Shown: one piece after another, positions 58,653 through 64,000 of the stretch
Numbering within the stretch: position 1 is the stretch's first letter
How the letters are laid out: every line of letters starts with the position of its first letter
Assembly: GCA_023920165.1 (NCBI GenBank)
Contig: CP089274.1
Location: forward strand, 5,146,001 to 5,210,000
Length of the DNA: 64,000 nucleotides
Source of the DNA: Curvularia clavata
Taxonomy: Eukaryota
Reading direction: 5' to 3'
The notes under the pieces: model-generated
What the model saw: the letters and a program-made list of their open reading frames with translations, nothing else
Databases searched by the model: none
What the model was told of the DNA's origin: nothing
Made by a program: the position numbers and the translations under genes

Positions 58653-60502
58653 CTACTTGGAGCCCCTCGTAATACTCTCCCTAACCTCCTTGATGCTCTC
58701 CTTAGCCACAGCACCCACATCCACCGTCTTATCCGGCGTACCAGCCCTCTCTTGTACGCCCTTCTTCACGCTTACACCGAGCCTCTTCTCATTCCACCCA
58801 CTAGCCCTCAAGTACCCCGCCGTACCCATACCAATAATCATACCACCAAAATGACTCGCATGATCCATACTCGTACGCTTCCTCAGCGCACTGTGTATCT
58901 CGAGCACCACAAACGCGGCAAACAGCATCTTTGGCCAAAACGCCACCTCCGCATCCTTCAGTAGCGGAATCTTAATCTTCTCCTGGTCAGTAAGAAGACA
59001 GTACAGCGCCGAGATACCCCAGATAGCAGCTGAAGCGCCCACCGAATGCGCGGTGATATTTCCACGGCCGAGGTTAGCCCAGTACAGCGATGCGAGGGTG
59101 CCAACAGCACCGGCACTGATGTACGTGCCCATGAAGATGCCGCGGCCGACGAGGTCGCAGCATACGGGGCCGACAAGAGCCAGCATCATCATGTTTGCAA
59201 GGAGGTGCTCGTATTGGATGTGGCTGAAGACGTTCAAGACGCTTTGTACGGCGCGCGGGTAGCCTGGTACGTGCATGAAGTAGCGGGTCATGAGAGGCCA
59301 CAGCGGCATGATGCGCCAGCCGATGGCGATGACACAGTTGGTAACGACCAGAGCGCCGATGGTGGCGGTTGTAGGCGATAGATCAGGGAACAGACGGTAC
59401 TCAGGCGAAGGAGGCATGTAGTAGTGTGCAAAGGCCCAGCAGAGGGCGAGAGTAACGGCGACGAAGACAGTCATGGGGACGAGACGTTCAGTCTGGAATA
59501 CTTGGTTAGCAAAAGTTGTTCCGGATAGATTGTATGGCAGGCTGGATGACATACAAGAGTAGTTTGCGCCAGCAATTCCTCAGGCGTCTTCGCATCCGTC
59601 ACTTGAGCAGCCTTGTTGTACTTTTCCATTTCTTCTTTCCTTCGGCTGACCTGCTCGCGCCCAAAGACATCAATGTACGTCGTCTGTCCAGGTTTCATGA
59701 GCTGCGTCCCAGTCGGTGTCCGCACCCACTCTCCGCTGGCCAGTTTTTCCTCCATCTCCCGCTCCTTCTGCTCCTTTTCCTCTGCTATCCGTGTAATTTC
59801 CTCCAACCGCGCTCGCCTCTTCTCCTCGATGTTGAGCTCAAATTGACTCTTGCCCGCGTGCAATATGCCAATCTTCTGGTCCTCCGCTTCTTGGCGTATC
59901 CTCTCTTGCTCCTCTTTTTCCATTTGTTCGCGAAAGGCGCGGGCAGGGTCTTTGTACTTGGACTCGGTTTCGGGGTCTGCGAGCCATAGCTCATATGCTA
60001 TGCGGTTTGCTTCCTTCTCTGCCCACTCTTCTGCTGCGCGTGCTTCGTCGATTGGGTATTTTGCTCGCAACCACTCCAGTCCTTTGAGTGCTGTCTCCCG
60101 GCTTACGTGGGTATATTGCTTCCCGAGGTTGTCCACGCCGTAGTCGGCCAGAGAGCCTACTGTCCGCCGGTGGTGCAGGATTCGCAAGACATTGTTACCG
60201 TCTTGAGGGGATAGTTTTCGGCCGAAGATACGCTGAATTGTAGCTTCACTGACTGGTCCTTCTGGTAGTGGCCCTATGCGTACGGTGCGCTTGCGAGACT
60301 GTGGGATGGTGGGGTTTTGCGGCGTGTCGATGACTCTGGCGCGGTACCGGGGTGTACAGGCAAAGAAGCGGCATTGCGGTCGTGAAGCTCGGTGTCTTTG
60401 AATGAGAGCTAGTAAAGGGGATCGTGACGAATGCTCAATGTGTGGTTGCGTAGTGCAGAGTCGGCGCGCGAGTGAGGCGCATGTCGGCCGTAGAAGAGAC
60501 AT
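58653..60502 (-). CDS. PCP1: Mitochondrial rhomboid protease Pcp1/PARL; intron 59493-59554
   Basis: Presequence; FSH...HLLANM, catalytic GAS (VGASAA), DHASHFGG. Confidence 0.85.
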
Positions 60503-60872
60503 GGCGTGATCTGGGCTGGCTTAACCCAGGTCTTTTCGTAGAGACTAGGTCGTCTCAGACTACAAGCCTACAGTTGTCTGGCGCTTGCGAATGTGCCGGG
60601 CAGACATTGCATGGTTGTTGGGCTGTGAATATCGGCGCACTCGATGTATGATGCATATTCCTCAAAATGTTCGCACCTCCGAAGTCTGTGCTCAGCCCTA
60701 CCTTGTGGCATTCCCCCCACATGCGCCACCTACACAAGAATACCATCTTTCTATGTTTTGACGAGCAACAATTTTCCATGGTATTTCGTGCAGATTTCTG
60801 TGACTATACACACTGTAATATGTACATGATACTTTTTTCGTTTTCTCCTTCGAGATCATGATGACATGCCCC

Positions 60873-61649
60873 CTAGATCTCTGGGAACACATACTCTCCC
60901 TGCTCTAATGCTTCTGCAATACTCGGCACAGGCTTTACATACTTCTTCAGTTCCGGCACTTCGTCATCAATAAGCATCGCCACCAGATTCCCAAACACAA
61001 TGCTTCCTTCAGAGTTGAGATGCGTGTTATCCGTAGGATCCAGGTTGTACGTATGAGCCTTGTCTGCGCCAATAGCATTCAGATAATCTGTGCTCGCTGC
61101 GTTAAGATCGATGATATCCGCACCAGTCTGCTCAGCTGCCTTCTTGGTTGCAGCCACCACGTCGGCGAGGCTCAGTACAACTTGGCCTGAGGAATTGTAA
61201 TTGCGTCTGCTGAGCGAAGTCACGAGGATGGGTGTGGCCGGTACAGCGCGTACCTCCTCAACAAATGCAACGAGATTGTTCGTGAAGACTTCCATCGAAA
61301 TGTTCTTGGCCGGCTTCTGGTCATTGTGGCCGAACTGAATCGTCACATATGGTTTGTGGTCCTTGGACGCGTCCTTGGCTGCTGTGAGAACATTGGCCCA
61401 GTCTCCTCCTTGCCGAAACGACACGGTGGTTGCGCCATTATGGCCGAAGTTCTTTCCTGAGGCACCCCGGTGGAGAGTTGTGTTGAGAAAGCCGTCGCCC
61501 CAGCCACCGCCGCCGGTGGATTGCACCGCTGTCGTGGAGTCGCCGGCCAAAGCGAAATACGGCGGTTTAGCCTTGACCTCTCGGGATGGAAGAGCCATGG
61601 CGAGCGAAGTAAATAATGTAAGATACGACAAATTAGAATAGAGATACAT
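60873..61649 (-). CDS. Secreted SGNH esterase, rhamnogalacturonan acetylesterase (CE12)
   Basis: Signal peptide; LAGDST, GGGGWG, QFGHND, DNTH. Confidence 0.9.
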   Translation of the reverse strand: MYLYSNLSYLTLFTSLAMALPSREVKAKPPYFALAGDSTTAVQSTGGGGWGDGFLNTTLHRGASGKNFGHNGATTVSFRQGGDWANVLTAAKDASKDHKPYVTIQFGHNDQKPAKNISMEVFTNNLVAFVEEVRAVPATPILVTSLSRRNYNSSGQVVLSLADVVAATKKAAEQTGADIIDLNAASTDYLNAIGADKAHTYNLDPTDNTHLNSEGSIVFGNLVAMLIDDEVPELKKYVKPVPSIAEALEQGEYVFPEI

Positions 61650-62123
61650 CTTGGCTTGCTGTGTAGTCCAATCGAGTACTAGCTGGTCGATACTCCGTCG
61701 TTACAACACGAGAATCTTACACATTATATACTACACACAAGCTTGGGCTACCTGGTATTACATTTCAAGGTTGGTACTAGTACGACTCCACCATATTTCT
61801 TGAACAACTTGAGTGGAGAAAGGGGAGTTCTGGATAAGGCCGAATTAATCTACCATTTCCACCAATCGGTTCCAATGCTGATGTCAAGGCTCAATGCTCG
61901 CGGAGAAACTACGACATCTGTGGCGACCTTTACAACATCCTTCTACCCGTCGACTAGTGCTGCAGTGATGGGCATGCTGCTCGAGTGCGCAGCTGAATCA
62001 GTATATCTAAAAGTCTACATATGCAGAGGTGCCATCTAGAATGACGGAAGGAAACCAACAACGGCACCTTTTGCAGCACTAGGAAACCCGCGCTAGATAG
62101 CGGCCTAAACACACAAAAGGTGC

Positions 62124-63737
62124 TCACGCACCAGCATGTTCCTTGGTCCCAGACTGGTCCGCCTCCTGATCCGCCTTCGTCTCCATCTTCATTCTTACAA
62201 ACTCCTTCTTCATGCTCTCAAACTCCTTAAATCCCTGGAAATACTTTCTACGAAAGTCATTCAGTTCGCTAGCTCTCGTGCCCTTCTCATACTCTCTTTT
62301 GACAGACTCCAACGCGCCCTCTGGTATTTCCGACTCACGGCGACGCCTGTACGTGAGGAGCCGGCGTGACCATTTGTTGAACGCTTGCACGCACACCGAA
62401 GTCAGCTCCAGGCCTGGATGCGAGGGTATGATGAGCTCAATGTCCTCGTCGTTGGCAGTCGGCATCCACATGCTGATGCGGCCATCTTCTACCAACGTGA
62501 CAAAGGCAAAGGCGAGTATGTCGTCGAGTAGTGCAGTGAAGGAGTATGGTCGCTTTGGTGGAATGTAGCCTGGCTCCTTGAACTGGTCTTGGTGTGACTT
62601 TCGCTCATTTTCCAGAAGTTCTTGACGAGATCCAAGTACTTTGAGCCCTTCGCGAATACCATAAGGTGGATCACAGACGATACCATCAAGGTAGCCTCTG
62701 GGGTGCTTGGTACTGGTCGGCAAGAGCCTCAGCGGCGTATTGGTGAGATCGGAGACGAATGCGCCTAGATATCTCGACTCTATACCGTACTGTTTGAAGT
62801 TGCCGACCACGTCGTACTTTCCGGTTTGCCCTCTCCTGGCACTTCCTCCTGTGCCCCGAATAGTGCGACCATCAATGTCGCTCCCAAACACTACGGCTCC
62901 AAAATGAGCGCATGCAATTGGAAACCCGCCCGTACCCATGAAAGGGTCATAGAACAGCTTGCCTGGAGCCACCTGTGCGATGTTGGCCGTGACGAGCGTA
63001 AGCTCCGCATCCATGGAAGTAGTGCTGATGTAGTGTCTCTTTTTGAGATCAAATGTCTTTTTCGCCTCATTGCGGCAAGAGTCTGCTAAGAAGCGACCAA
63101 AGTACAGATACTTTGGCTTTTTGGCGTCAAGTTCGTAGTCTTCAAAGACGCGAAAGGCGACGTCAGGATCGCGCATTCGTGGTGTTCCCTTGAACGCCAT
63201 GTACGAGAAACTGTCGATGATCTCACGCTGTTCGTCGCTCGATCTTCCGCCACGATAACCTTCTATGGTGAAGCGGAAGGAGGCTGTCTCATACTGAGGC
63301 CATTTCGCAGTAGTCAAGCTGCGGACGGACTCGTGGAGAGCATCGTAATCCGTACCCTGGCCCCATAGCTCGTAGATGCCTTGTGATAGAATGCTACGGG
63401 CGATGAGTTTTCGTGCCGCAGCGTCTGATGGTAGTTCCACTATGCAATAAGGAGACTTGAAATGTCAGGACGGGAGGCCTTTTCATGCGCTGGGATATGA
63501 TTTTTTTCTTGATACCAAATCTTAAACAGAACGACAAAATCTACTACAGAAAAAAAGAAAGGCTGGACAAAAAAATTAAAGCGTAGCAAGATAGGCTGTG
63601 AGAAACAAGAGTGCACTCACATCTTCTTCGTACTTGACAAAATGCAGTACTATGCCCGCAACGTCTGCCAAGGCCTGCAGCTCAACCTTGCGAAAGCTTT
63701 CGTGTGCTTGCGCAAGCCTAACCAGATACTGAGGCAT
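62124..63737 (-). CDS. TRM11: tRNA m2G10 methyltransferase Trm11; exons 63737-63621 and 63455-62124
   Basis: YLVRLAQAHESFRKVEL, YISTTSMDAEL, YDPFMGTG, GSDIDGR, CDPPYGIRE. Confidence 0.93.
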
Positions 63738-64000
63738 GGTTACTGGGGCGGTCCAGAAAAATCCGAGGCTGAAATGTCTACGTCAAGTACAATTTCTCAA
63801 TCAGGTATCGGCATGACAAAGCCGCACGATCACCGAAATGTTTGCTTTATTCTTGCCCACAGTCCCTCTCCAAATGTGGAGGAGTCACGAGCCGCGCCAG
63901 CAAATTGGGATGAGTAGGTAGCGAAAAACGAAAAAAAAAAATAGGTGGGGAGGTTCATAGTGTGCCATTGGTTCGTTTGCAGAGGCTTTAGACTACATCT

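Noticed and set aside
1..64000. Transposons, RIP-degraded repeats, CRISPR arrays, PKS/NRPS cluster
   Set aside because: No transposase or RT ORFs, terminal repeats, long AT-rich blocks, spaced direct repeats or backbone synthases seen.

Overview
Gene-dense eukaryotic DNA from a filamentous ascomycete (Pezizomycotina, probably Dothideomycetes), judged from short GT..CTRAC..YAG introns and the gene content. I resolve 25 protein-coding genes, mostly with splice sites read directly: GLE1, SSD1, Rds1-like, an MFS transporter, a GliT-like oxidoreductase, a GPI-anchored wall protein, an SDR, a G-patch protein, a kelch-like membrane protein, RPL26, an AT-hook/C2H2 protein, OST4, TMA46, a phenol 2-monooxygenase, a thioesterase, TIM44, uS11m, a PPPDE peptidase, OLA1, MED16, an HST3/4 sirtuin, PI-PLC, PCP1, a CE12 esterase and TRM11. 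There are also two intron-containing tRNAs (Ile-AAT, elongator Met-CAT). I see no transposon, CRISPR array or secondary-metabolite backbone gene. The most interesting locus is OLA1: its third intron holds a box C/D snoRNA with an snR69-type guide plus a second guide of unknown target, and its leader encodes an AUG-less, in-frame, mitochondrial-presequence-like extension. The kelch membrane gene may similarly gain a signal peptide from a non-AUG start. All identities come from motif recognition, not database searches.
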